From Actinomycetes bacterium (GTDB lineage: Bacteria > Actinomycetota > Actinomycetes > S36-B12): DNA of 64,000 nt. Of the stretch, positions 38,047-46,296 are shown in pieces (within the stretch, counting starts at the first letter, position 1; each line of letters opens with the position of its first letter). The DNA lies in contig OZ245718.1 in the NCBI GenBank assembly GCA_965227045.1, forward strand, positions 3,223,528 through 3,287,527. The letters are read 5' to 3'. A program made the translations under genes and the position numbers. The notes beneath the pieces are model-generated. The model saw only the letters and a list, made by a program, of their open reading frames with translations. It did no database searches and was not told where the DNA came from.

Positions 38047-39081
38047 CTATTCTTTGCCGGGATAGAAGGTTGCCGCCCATTCCCTCAGGTCGTGATAGGC
38101 GCGTGCTTCCAGCTTCGGGTACGGGGGATGCTCGATGAGTGTCTGTCGCGACCAGATGGGCATGTCAGCCTCGACCTGCTCGAAGAAGTGACAAGAGAGA
38201 CGCGTGGCGAACTCGGGTCCACTTAGCCGGCCCATACTGCCTTTAGCACCGATGAGCGCAGAGAAGAAGTCCGACGCTTTGCCCTGCGCATCAATTGGCG
38301 TCACTGCTGTCAGCTGCATCGTCGGGTGGATGCCTTCGTATGTGGTCGCAATGAAGCCGAGACCCCAGCAGTCCATGTGCGACGCGCCGTCGATGGGACC
38401 GTCTGGTGTCAGCCAAGTGGAGGGCTTGCCGCCTCCCCAGGTGTAGCGCAGTTCCGTGGCGAAGAGCGGCCCATCGGCGCCGGACCGGGCGACTTCCGGG
38501 ACTTCGGCGGAGTGATGCACGAAACGAACATGCGCAGGGTCGGCGACGTTCTCGACTGCCTGTTGCGGATGGACGCTGACGCTAGGCCAGACTCGGCAGT
38601 AATCGGGGTAATAGCAGAGGTAGTCGTTGCTGGCGCACTGGTGGTACGCAGGAATGCGCCAGGTCGGTTTGCTGCCCGCAGAGTCGTACCAGACAAAGAT
38701 CATGCCGTTGACCTCGTGCACGAGCCACGGGGCCAACGCGCAACGGCTCGTCTCGCCCGTACAGGAGATGGCTGTGTTCTCGCCGGCGCTGTTTCTCCGC
38801 AAGCCATGGAATCGGCACCTCAGTTGGCCGTCAGCTTGGTGGCCTCTTTCGAGATCGTCGCCGAGGCGGGGGGAGTGCGCATCGGAGACTCGCGCCTCTC
38901 CCGACGAAGTTCGGAAGCAAATCAGGTCGGCACCGAAGTAGCGCAGATTCAAGGTCGTGTCACCGCGTACCTGCTCGGACCATGCGACGCAGTACCACGA
39001 AGTCGGAATGCCCTGCTCATAGTGGTATCGATGCACGGGCGGTCGCACCGCGACATCGGTCGACAACATCCGGGTCACCAA
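38047..39081 (-). CDS. Rieske-oxygenase paralog with degenerate Rieske ligands (intact ORF)
   Basis: 344 aa, colinear with 12900..13943. CPH has become SPR while CRFH is retained. The mononuclear Fe motif ENVADPAHVRFVHH is retained. Confidence 0.7.
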   Translation of the reverse strand: MVTRMLSTDVAVRPPVHRYHYEQGIPTSWYCVAWSEQVRGDTTLNLRYFGADLICFRTSSGEARVSDAHSPRLGDDLERGHQADGQLRCRFHGLRRNSAGENTAISCTGETSRCALAPWLVHEVNGMIFVWYDSAGSKPTWRIPAYHQCASNDYLCYYPDYCRVWPSVSVHPQQAVENVADPAHVRFVHHSAEVPEVARSGADGPLFATELRYTWGGGKPSTWLTPDGPIDGASHMDCWGLGFIATTYEGIHPTMQLTAVTPIDAQGKASDFFSALIGAKGSMGRLSGPEFATRLSCHFFEQVEADMPIWSRQTLIEHPPYPKLEARAYHDLREWAATFYPGKE

Positions 39082-39096
39082 CTCCTAGGCTAGGAT

Positions 39097-39112
39097 TAGG
39101 ACGAGAGGCCTA
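39097..39112. promoter_or_regulatory. operator-like site (1 mismatch)
   Basis: TAGGACGAGAGGCCTA, 16 nt upstream of the start of 39081(-). Confidence 0.45.
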
Positions 39113-39309
39113 AGATACCAGCGGCCTCCCGGCGACACCAGTACCAGAGGTTTGCAACTCGACCATCAGGAGCCGAAGCCGAGTTGCTCGGCACCGCGGC
39201 TTCGTGGGTTGACTGGTTGGAGCAACGCGACATTCGCGCGGTCGCTCGTAACGTTTTGATTTCGGGCCTTGCCGCTGCACGCGGGTGATGGCATGATCCG
39301 GCAATCGAC

Positions 39310-39325
39310 TAGGACACCAGTCCTA
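39310..39325. promoter_or_regulatory. perfect TAGGAC-N4-GTCCTA palindrome
   Basis: TAGGACACCAGTCCTA upstream of ABC operon 2. An extra GTCCTA half-site lies at 39340-39345. Confidence 0.6.
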
Positions 39326-39368
39326 GTCCTCGGTCGGGCGTCCTATTCGTGGCGCCCTAGCAGCTAGC

Positions 39369-40943
39369 GTGTTCGGAGGGCTTTGTGCTGGGAAATGCGG
39401 GCGCGAACCCTGTGGTGTCGCGGTGACGCGGTTCGACGCGACCGCACCCGCGCTTCGCTTGCGCGGCGTGTCAAAGACCTTTCCGGGAGTGCGAGCCCTG
39501 AGCGGCTTGGACCTCGACGTTCGCACGGGGACTGTCCATGCGCTCCTGGGCCACAACGGTTCGGGCAAGTCGACGGCAATCAAGCTGCTAGCTGGCTTGT
39601 ATTCGGCGGACCCGGGCAGCGAGGCGTGGGTGGGCGGTCAGCGTTTGCATCTAGGCGATGCTGCAGCGGCGTCGAGATGCGGTTTGCGTTTCGTCCACCA
39701 GGACCTCGGGATCGTGCCCGAGTTGAGCGTGGCCGAGAATTTTGCGCTCGGCACTGGGTTCGAGCGTGGTCGTTTCGGCCTGATCGACTGGCCCGCGCAG
39801 CGTGCTCAGGCTCAGGCGCTGCTGGCGCGATTCGGCTTCGACATTGACGTGGATGCACCGCTAGGGGCGGCGAGCCCTTCAGCGCGCGCTGCGGTTGCGA
39901 TCGTGCGCGCCATTACCGACTGGCCGGAGGCCGGCGGGGTGCTTGTGCTCGACGAGCCCACAGCCGCCTTGGCGGCGCGCGAGGTGGACCGCCTCTTCGA
40001 GCTGGTGCGCGCGGTGACTCGAGAGGGCGGAACGGTGATCTTTGTCGGCCATCGGCTGGACGAGATCATGACGATCGCGGACAACGCGACGCTTCTGCGC
40101 GATGGCCTGGTGGTATGGGATGGACCGCTGGCGGACACGAGTCTGCAGGGGCTGGTCAGCATGATCGCCAATGACGAGGACGCGGTTCTCGAAACGGGGA
40201 CGAAGCGACAAGCGGTGGGCTCCGCGCCTGCGGCGCAGGTTGTGCTGGACTGCCGCGGGATCGAGGGTGAGTTCCTGAACGGAGTCGATCTAGTCGTTCG
40301 TTCGGGAGAGATCGTCGGCGTAGCGGGGCTACTCGGCTCTGGCCGCGAGGAACTCCCATACCTACTCGGCGGCGACCCTCAGTCGGTTGCTCGGGGAGAT
40401 CTCGCCTCGGTGCAGGCCGGTTCGGGTACGGGGATCAGCTTCGTGCCAGCCGACCGCTTGCGTGAGTCCATATTCGAAGGGTTCACGACTGCGGAGAACG
40501 TCTCCCTCGCAGGGTTGCCCTCCATCCGGCAGCGGGGCGTGGTCACGTACGCCGCTGAGCGCCGCGCGGTCGAGAGCTGGCTCGCGGCGACAAACACCGA
40601 CGTGGCGTACGCGCCGCGACCGATCCTTACGTTGAGCGGCGGTAACCAGCAGAAGGCGGTCCTCGCCCGGGCGCTGTCGACTAACCCGTCAGTGCTTGTG
40701 CTCTCCGAGCCGACCGCCGGCGTTGACATCGGTGCACGCCGAGTCATCTACGAAGAACTGAAGCGTCGGGCTGGCGATGGCCTGGCCATCGTGGTCGCAT
40801 CCTCCGACGTCGAGGACCTACTTGCCTGCTGCACTCGTGTGGTGGTCCTGCGGGACGGGAAAGTCACGGCGGAGTTCGACGCTCCGCTGTCCAAGACGGC
40901 CATTACCTACGCGATCGAAGGTGCACATGAACAACAAGACTGA
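39369..40943 (+). CDS. sugar-type (CUT2-like) ABC transporter ATP-binding protein, two cassettes
   Basis: GHNGSGKST, LVLDEPT, GLLGSGREE, LSGGNQQKA, LVLSEPTAGVD. The likely true start is GTG at 39417 or 39423. Confidence 0.9.
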   Translation: MFGGLCAGKCGREPCGVAVTRFDATAPALRLRGVSKTFPGVRALSGLDLDVRTGTVHALLGHNGSGKSTAIKLLAGLYSADPGSEAWVGGQRLHLGDAAAASRCGLRFVHQDLGIVPELSVAENFALGTGFERGRFGLIDWPAQRAQAQALLARFGFDIDVDAPLGAASPSARAAVAIVRAITDWPEAGGVLVLDEPTAALAAREVDRLFELVRAVTREGGTVIFVGHRLDEIMTIADNATLLRDGLVVWDGPLADTSLQGLVSMIANDEDAVLETGTKRQAVGSAPAAQVVLDCRGIEGEFLNGVDLVVRSGEIVGVAGLLGSGREELPYLLGGDPQSVARGDLASVQAGSGTGISFVPADRLRESIFEGFTTAENVSLAGLPSIRQRGVVTYAAERRAVESWLAATNTDVAYAPRPILTLSGGNQQKAVLARALSTNPSVLVLSEPTAGVDIGARRVIYEELKRRAGDGLAIVVASSDVEDLLACCTRVVVLRDGKVTAEFDAPLSKTAITYAIEGAHEQQD

Positions 40944-41991
40944 GGCATCGAGCCGACCGGCATCGGTAGGTTCCGCAGTTGCCCCCTCGCGCAGGTCCTG
41001 GCTGCGCAAGTTCAGCTTTGTAAACATCAGCGTGCTTTATGTGTTGATCGTTGTCATCATCATCTTCTCGCTGTGGGCACCGGAAACCTTCCCGACTTGG
41101 ACTACCGCGCGATCGATCCTTAATGGCATGGCCGTCCCCGGCTTCATGGCACTGGCCGCCATCCTGCCGCTGTCGGCACGACAGTTCGACCTCTCGATCG
41201 GAGCCTCGATGGGCTTCGCAAACATGCTGGTGGCATTCCTGCTCGTTACCCAGGGCATGCCGGTCGTGCCCGCGATTCTGATCACCTTGTGCGCTGGGCT
41301 GGTGATGGGTGTGATCAATGGAGTCGTGGTGGTCAACGCCCGCATCGACGCCATCATCGGCACTCTTGCGACCGCGGCCCTGTTCACATCAGCGACGTCG
41401 ATCATCTCTGGGCAAACGATCACAGGTGTGGTCATGTTCGGCGACTTCGCGAAGATCGCCACCACCAGCATCGGTGGGATTACCCTCCCGGTCATCCTCA
41501 TGCTTCTTACTGGGCTCGTTATCTGGGTCTTTCAACGGTTCACCGTCACGGGCCGCCGCATCTACGCCATCGGCTATAACGAACGCGGCGCGGAACTTCT
41601 CGGTATCAACCTCAAGAGGCTCAAATACCTTGCTTTGATCATTGGTGCCGTTGTCGCCGTCATTGCCGGAATCATCTTGGCCTCGACCGTGAGTTCCGGC
41701 ACCCCCGGAATTGGTGCGCCCTACCTTCTCAATGCCTACGCAGCGGCCTTTCTCGGATCTACACAGTTCGGAGGGAAGTTCAACGTCTGGGGCACAGTGC
41801 TGGCCGTCCTGATGCTCACGACCGCCACTAACGGCATTTACCTTGTCGGCGGCGCAGTGTGGGTTCAGGGACTTTTCAGTGGCTTCGTTCTACTTTTCGC
41901 GCTTGGCGCATCCAACCTCGAACGGGCCATTCAGGCACGCAACTGGGTCCGCCGCAAACGCTCCAACAGTGGACAGCAGGCACCGGCCTGA
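40927..41991 (+). CDS. ABC transporter permease (RbsC/AraH-like)
   Basis: ATG 40927 overlaps the ATPase 3' end by 17 nt; the ORF opens at 40777. Multi-TM protein with motif IGYNERGAELLGIN. Confidence 0.85.
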   Translation: MNNKTEASSRPASVGSAVAPSRRSWLRKFSFVNISVLYVLIVVIIIFSLWAPETFPTWTTARSILNGMAVPGFMALAAILPLSARQFDLSIGASMGFANMLVAFLLVTQGMPVVPAILITLCAGLVMGVINGVVVVNARIDAIIGTLATAALFTSATSIISGQTITGVVMFGDFAKIATTSIGGITLPVILMLLTGLVIWVFQRFTVTGRRIYAIGYNERGAELLGINLKRLKYLALIIGAVVAVIAGIILASTVSSGTPGIGAPYLLNAYAAAFLGSTQFGGKFNVWGTVLAVLMLTTATNGIYLVGGAVWVQGLFSGFVLLFALGASNLERAIQARNWVRRKRSNSGQQAPA

Positions 41992-42080
41992 AGTCCAGCT
42001 CCCGGGCATCACCTGTACGACGCGATCCCGGCGCGCCCCGCCCAACCCACGCAATGTCATACGAGAGGAAAGACCGTTCT

Positions 42081-43292
42081 ATGTCTATCATCCGAGGCAG
42101 ATCCGCCCGCACCCTCGCAGCGTCCGTCGCTATCGCGGCCGCCCTCATCGCGACCACAGCAGCTTGTGGCAGCAGCAGCACGGCCGACTCCACTGCATCG
42201 ATCGAATCTGGCGGTCCCTCAGATGCGTCGACCGCATCTACAGATCCGTCGACCGCGCCGTCCGCGGAAACCATGAAGGAGATTGCTGCGGCAGCCGTCG
42301 CGGAGTACATCGACGCGCCTGCCACCATCGGTATCGCGGAACCGCTCGGTCAGGCCGTTCCCGCGGACAAGACGGTTGCGTTCATCACTGCGGGCCCGGG
42401 TGGTACGGGCATCGCGCTGACCCAGAAGGCACTGCAAGAGGCGGCCGAGAAGGTCGGATGGACGATCAAGGTGATCGAACCCGAGTCTCCGGCACCGCAG
42501 GCTATGCAGCAGGCGCTCACTCAAGCGATTCAGCTGAATCCAGATGCCGTAATCATGAACTCGGGTGATGTGACCGCACTCAAGACTCAGCTCGCCGAGC
42601 TGAAAGACAAAGGTATCCCAGTCGTACAGACTTTTGGATTTACCAGCCAAGAGGATCAGGTCGACCTGAGCTTCTTCTCCACTGGGGAGATGGCGAGACT
42701 CGCGGGGCTCACGGCTGATGCGGCAGTGGCGAAGCTAGACGCACCAGGAGAGTTCGGTGTCGTAACGATCGAGGGTTATCCGGCTGCGGACGAAACCGTC
42801 AAGGGTTTCACCGACAGGCTTACAGAACTCTGCTCCGAATGCACGACCGTGCCGATCGTGCTGTCCCTAGCTTCCCTCGGCGGTAGCGCTGGTACGGACA
42901 TCGTCAATGCCTACCGCGCCAATCCGAACATGCAGGGCATCTTCGTTCCATTCGATCAGCTGAGCGCCGCTCTGTTCCCCGCGGCACAGCAGGCTGGCGT
43001 CGACCTGCCCCCCGTCTACGTCCTAGCGACGGTCCCCGGCACCATTCTTAGCCTCCAGAGCGGCGATATCGAGGCCGCTGTTCAGGTCGACAACCAGTCG
43101 CTGGGCTGGCGTTACGTAGATGCATTGTCCCGCATCTTCACCGACCAGATCGAGTCAGCCAAGGCCGTTCAGCAGCTCCCGTCCCAGCTTTGGTCCAACG
43201 CTTACGACAACGTTCCCGAAGTTCCTTCTGATGGGACATTCCCGACGCTTGTGGAGGACTACAAGGACCAGTACGAGGCGCTCTGGAAGTAG
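42081..43292 (+). CDS. lipoprotein substrate-binding protein (group B)
   Basis: ATG 42081 follows GAGAGGAAAG; the ORF opens at 41859. Lipobox TTAAC, S/T/A/P-rich linker. Ends QYEALWK. Paralog of 53724..54929. Confidence 0.75.
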   Translation: MSIIRGRSARTLAASVAIAAALIATTAACGSSSTADSTASIESGGPSDASTASTDPSTAPSAETMKEIAAAAVAEYIDAPATIGIAEPLGQAVPADKTVAFITAGPGGTGIALTQKALQEAAEKVGWTIKVIEPESPAPQAMQQALTQAIQLNPDAVIMNSGDVTALKTQLAELKDKGIPVVQTFGFTSQEDQVDLSFFSTGEMARLAGLTADAAVAKLDAPGEFGVVTIEGYPAADETVKGFTDRLTELCSECTTVPIVLSLASLGGSAGTDIVNAYRANPNMQGIFVPFDQLSAALFPAAQQAGVDLPPVYVLATVPGTILSLQSGDIEAAVQVDNQSLGWRYVDALSRIFTDQIESAKAVQQLPSQLWSNAYDNVPEVPSDGTFPTLVEDYKDQYEALWK

Positions 43293-43301
43293 AACTGTCC
43301 C

Positions 43302-43340
43302 GAAGCAGGTGGGGACTCCTGAGAAGTCCCCACCTGCTTC
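43302..43340 (+). terminator. strong hairpin after ABC operon 2
   Basis: GAAGCAGGTGGGGACT-CCTGAGA-AGTCCCCACCTGCTTC: 16-bp perfect stem, 7-nt loop. Confidence 0.6.
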
Positions 43341-43408
43341 TGCAGTGTCTTGGAAGTCAACCCGGCGGCATGTGACCGGCTAGCCGGGTCAAGTCAAGAG
43401 GAGGCGCG

Positions 43409-45805
43409 ATGCAGGATTCGTCGGTCCGCGGTGTTTCGACTAGCACGCCGGACGGCATCATCCGTAATCGGCAGGTGGACATGGCGAAGTTGGAGCCGGG
43501 GGCGTGGGACGGTCGGGGGCTTCCGTACCTTCCGCAGATCGATTTGCGTATCGATCCGAGCCTGAAGCTCCACACGGGGTTCGATCTTGATGTCGATCCG
43601 ATCACCTACCAAGTGCTGCGGTCTCGGTTCTGGAACTTGAATCTGGACCACTCGGACACCATCAAGCGGATGTCGGGCTCGGCCGTCGTCGTCTACATGG
43701 ACGACCTGAATACCTCGTTGCTCACGGAGAACGGCGACACGATCGTAGCTGGGCCGTCAATTCAGTACTTCACGGGTCATGGGGACTTGGTAGTGAAGTG
43801 GACTCTGGAGAACCGCAGCGCAAACCCGGGCATCGAAGATGGAGATGTGTTCCTGCAGAACGACCCCTATATCGGCACGGCTCACCAAAACGACGTGATG
43901 ACGTATGCCCCGATCTTCTGGGAGGGAGCACTCTTCTGCTGGGTACTTAGCGCCACGCACGTCGGGGATATTGGGGGGACCCAGCCTGGAGGGTTCTGCC
44001 CCGATGCTCCCGACATCTTCAGCGAAGCCACACCAGTCCCTCCTATCAAGTTCGTCCGTGCCGGAATTCCGCAAGACGACGTCGTGGACATGTTCGCGCG
44101 CAAGAGTCGTGCTCCCGATCAGATCCGACTTCAGTTACGCAGCCAGCTCGCAGGCCTTCGCCTCACTCGTGAGCGGATCCACGAGATGCTGGAGGAGTAC
44201 GGCCCCTTGGTCGTCAAGGGCACGATGCGCGCGATGATCCGTGACTGCTCTGAGGCGGTGGGTCGTCGTCTGGAACAGATTCCCGACGGGGAGTGGACAG
44301 AGACCCTGTACATCGCCAATGTGGCGCCTGGCGATCGTGCGGTCCACCGTCTCGTCACGACGGTTCGCAAGGAGGGCGACAGGCTCTACCTCACCAATGA
44401 GGGCAGCGATCCCCAGTTCGGCGCTGGTAACGCACCTTTCACGGCGTGGCGCTCCAGCCTCATGTGCGCGGGGGCGGCCCTGTTTGGCTACGACCAGTTC
44501 AACTGCCCCGCCGGAGTCGTTGACCATATGGAGTTCTTGCCGATACCCGGCACCATGACCTGCGCGCGGTACCCCGCAGCCGTGACGACTCCGGCCGCAT
44601 CGCTTGTCATTGTCTACTTGGCGAGTCAGGTCCTGAGCAAGATGGCGCTCGCCGGACCGCCTGATGTGCGAAAGACCGCGAACGCGACGGGTGGTACATC
44701 CTGCCCCAGTTTCTGGGTAGGCGTAGGACTGGACCGAAAAGGCAGGTTCGTCGCGGAGGTGCCCGGAGACCCCCTTGCAGGTTCTATCGGGGCATTTCCC
44801 GATCGCGACGGCGTCGATACCGGCGGCGCGTGGTGGTGGCCGAATTCCAACGCTGGCAACGTCGAGAACTGGGAGGCCGCCTCACCGATCCTGTATCTGT
44901 TCCGCCGTGAGCAGGCCGACAGCGGCGGTGCCGGGCTCTGGCGCGGCGGCAACGGACTCGAACTCTGTGTCGTTCCGCACAAGACTGAGCAGTTCACAGC
45001 ACAGATCGTTTCCAATGATCCCGCGATCAACACGTCCGCTGGCCTCGCAGGTGGGATGCCTGGTCACCCGGGAAACCACCTCGCCAGTCTGGGCTCGTCG
45101 ATTCAGGAGGGGTTCAAGGCGGGCAAGCTGCCGGCCTCGCGGGCTGAACTCGAGGAGGCGTTTGGAGCAATGCGTCGGCTCGATCCCAAGACCGTTGCCC
45201 AACTAGACAGCAGCGACGTCCTTCTTGTGGGCTTTAGCGGTGGAGGAGGATACGGCGATCCATTGCTACGGAAAGTTGATCTCGTGGTGTCTGATCTCGC
45301 CCGCGGCCAGATCAGCGATGAGCATGCGCGCACTCACTTCGGTTGTGTCGTCGAGCGCGGCGAGGTCGACGTTGTGGCCACCGAGCGGTACCGGTCCAGG
45401 GTCGTTCGGTCGCGATTAGACCATTCCCGCTTGCGCGTCACGGAAATCGACGGCTTCTCCGAACTCGCGAAGGTTCGACGAGTGTCGGAGCTACTCGGAA
45501 TCAGCTTCGAGTCGGATGTCCCTCAGTGGGCGTGTTGTGGGTGCGGTCAGCTGCTCGGAAGTGCTGATGCGAACTTCAAGGACGGGACTTGTATCAACGA
45601 GGCGAGCCCATTCGATATCGATCCCGTGGCCTATCCGAATCCGGCGGACTTCTGTGACGTTCCCTTCGTGCTTCGCAGGTATCTGTGTCCCTCGTGCGGT
45701 GTGTGCCTCGGTTCCGAATGCGCTGCTACCGAGGATCCGCCAGCACACGACATGAAGCTTCTGCCCGCCGGCCTTCGCGCACTCGCCCAAACCGTAAACC
45801 TATGA
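43409..45805 (+). CDS. hydantoinase B/oxoprolinase (HyuB)-family subunit with C-terminal Cys-rich gamma-subunit-like domain, copy 1
   Basis: 798 aa. ATG follows AAGAGGAGG. HyuB-type blocks (NDPYIGTAHQNDV, GGAGLWRGGNG). C-terminal WACCGCG...NFKDG...RRYLCPSCGVCLGSE. Confidence 0.8.
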   Translation: MQDSSVRGVSTSTPDGIIRNRQVDMAKLEPGAWDGRGLPYLPQIDLRIDPSLKLHTGFDLDVDPITYQVLRSRFWNLNLDHSDTIKRMSGSAVVVYMDDLNTSLLTENGDTIVAGPSIQYFTGHGDLVVKWTLENRSANPGIEDGDVFLQNDPYIGTAHQNDVMTYAPIFWEGALFCWVLSATHVGDIGGTQPGGFCPDAPDIFSEATPVPPIKFVRAGIPQDDVVDMFARKSRAPDQIRLQLRSQLAGLRLTRERIHEMLEEYGPLVVKGTMRAMIRDCSEAVGRRLEQIPDGEWTETLYIANVAPGDRAVHRLVTTVRKEGDRLYLTNEGSDPQFGAGNAPFTAWRSSLMCAGAALFGYDQFNCPAGVVDHMEFLPIPGTMTCARYPAAVTTPAASLVIVYLASQVLSKMALAGPPDVRKTANATGGTSCPSFWVGVGLDRKGRFVAEVPGDPLAGSIGAFPDRDGVDTGGAWWWPNSNAGNVENWEAASPILYLFRREQADSGGAGLWRGGNGLELCVVPHKTEQFTAQIVSNDPAINTSAGLAGGMPGHPGNHLASLGSSIQEGFKAGKLPASRAELEEAFGAMRRLDPKTVAQLDSSDVLLVGFSGGGGYGDPLLRKVDLVVSDLARGQISDEHARTHFGCVVERGEVDVVATERYRSRVVRSRLDHSRLRVTEIDGFSELAKVRRVSELLGISFESDVPQWACCGCGQLLGSADANFKDGTCINEASPFDIDPVAYPNPADFCDVPFVLRRYLCPSCGVCLGSECAATEDPPAHDMKLLPAGLRALAQTVNL
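43410..43680 (+). repeat. near-identical tract shared with 46298..46568
   Basis: Over 271 nt I find one mismatch by eye (43518 G versus 46406 A). The offset between copies is 2888 nt. Confidence 0.85.
45525..45783 (+). repeat. near-identical tract shared with 48413..48671
   Basis: Over 259 nt I find one mismatch by eye (45667 C versus 48555 T). Same 2888-nt offset. Confidence 0.85.
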
Positions 45806-46131
45806 GAGAGATGGTTCCGATGACGGTCCTTGAAGTCGTACAGATTGACGTCCTACCCGGCCACGAGGAGGAGTTCGAGGCAGTCCTCCTCGACGTCGGA
45901 AAGGCCTTGCTGTCCGACGCTCAGGGTTTCGTCGAGTTCAACGCCTATGGGTGGGGAGTCGAGAGGCCGTCTGTCTACCTCTTCTCCGTTCGCTGGCAAA
46001 CAGTCGCCGACCATGTCGCGGCCAGCGCTAGCGACCGCTTCGCGCAGTGGCGTGACCTCATGGTGCCGCACTTCGCGGCTCGACCAGTCGCGGAGCACTT
46101 CCAGCTTCGGGAGGATGGGGAGTCTGCCTAG
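45802..46131 (+). CDS. ABM (antibiotic-biosynthesis-monooxygenase/Dabb) fold protein
   Basis: ATG 45802 overlaps the upstream stop (ATGA); alternative ATG at 45820. VLEVVQIDVLPGHEEEFE...YLFSVRWQTVADHV...FAQWRDLMVPHF...EHFQL is a typical ABM pattern. Confidence 0.6.
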   Translation: MREMVPMTVLEVVQIDVLPGHEEEFEAVLLDVGKALLSDAQGFVEFNAYGWGVERPSVYLFSVRWQTVADHVAASASDRFAQWRDLMVPHFAARPVAEHFQLREDGESA

Positions 46132-46209
46132 TCCAGGGCTCCCTACTTCGAGCGAAACCCCAAACGTACTTGCCGTTCGCCTCGTGCCCTGAAATGCTAC
46201 TTCAGGATG

Positions 46210-46225
46210 TAGGACAAATGTCCTA
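46210..46225. promoter_or_regulatory. perfect TAGGAC-N4-GTCCTA palindrome
   Basis: TAGGACAAATGTCCTA, 71 nt upstream of the start of HyuB-like copy 2. Confidence 0.6.
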
Positions 46226-46296
46226 GATTGCAGTCCATACGATTCGTCGCCCGGTTGAGTCCAATCGCGGACTCAAGGCTTCTTGGAGGATTCTTG

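Noticed and set aside
38326-39093. 255 aa plus-strand ORF opposite the Rieske paralog
   Set aside because: It is a shadow of a clearly homologous minus-strand gene, and its composition is Arg/Ala/Gly-rich.
39110-39304. 64 aa ORF in the divergent region before ABC operon 2
   Set aside because: It is highly basic, has no RBS, and overlaps the likely promoter and operator region.
42835-42925. Identical 30-residue peptide in SBPs 42081 and 54929, suspected to be a gene-conversion tract
   Set aside because: The underlying DNA differs at many synonymous positions. The identity therefore reflects protein-level constraint, unlike the truly near-identical DNA tracts in the HyuB-like pair.
45685-45801. 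N-terminal extensions of the ABM (45685) and HyuA (48573) ORFs, both beginning MSLVRCVPRFRMRCY
   Set aside because: The shared peptide is just an alternative reading frame of the near-identical 3' tract of the two HyuB-like genes. Real starts with an RBS or stop-start coupling lie downstream (45802 or 45820, and 48723).
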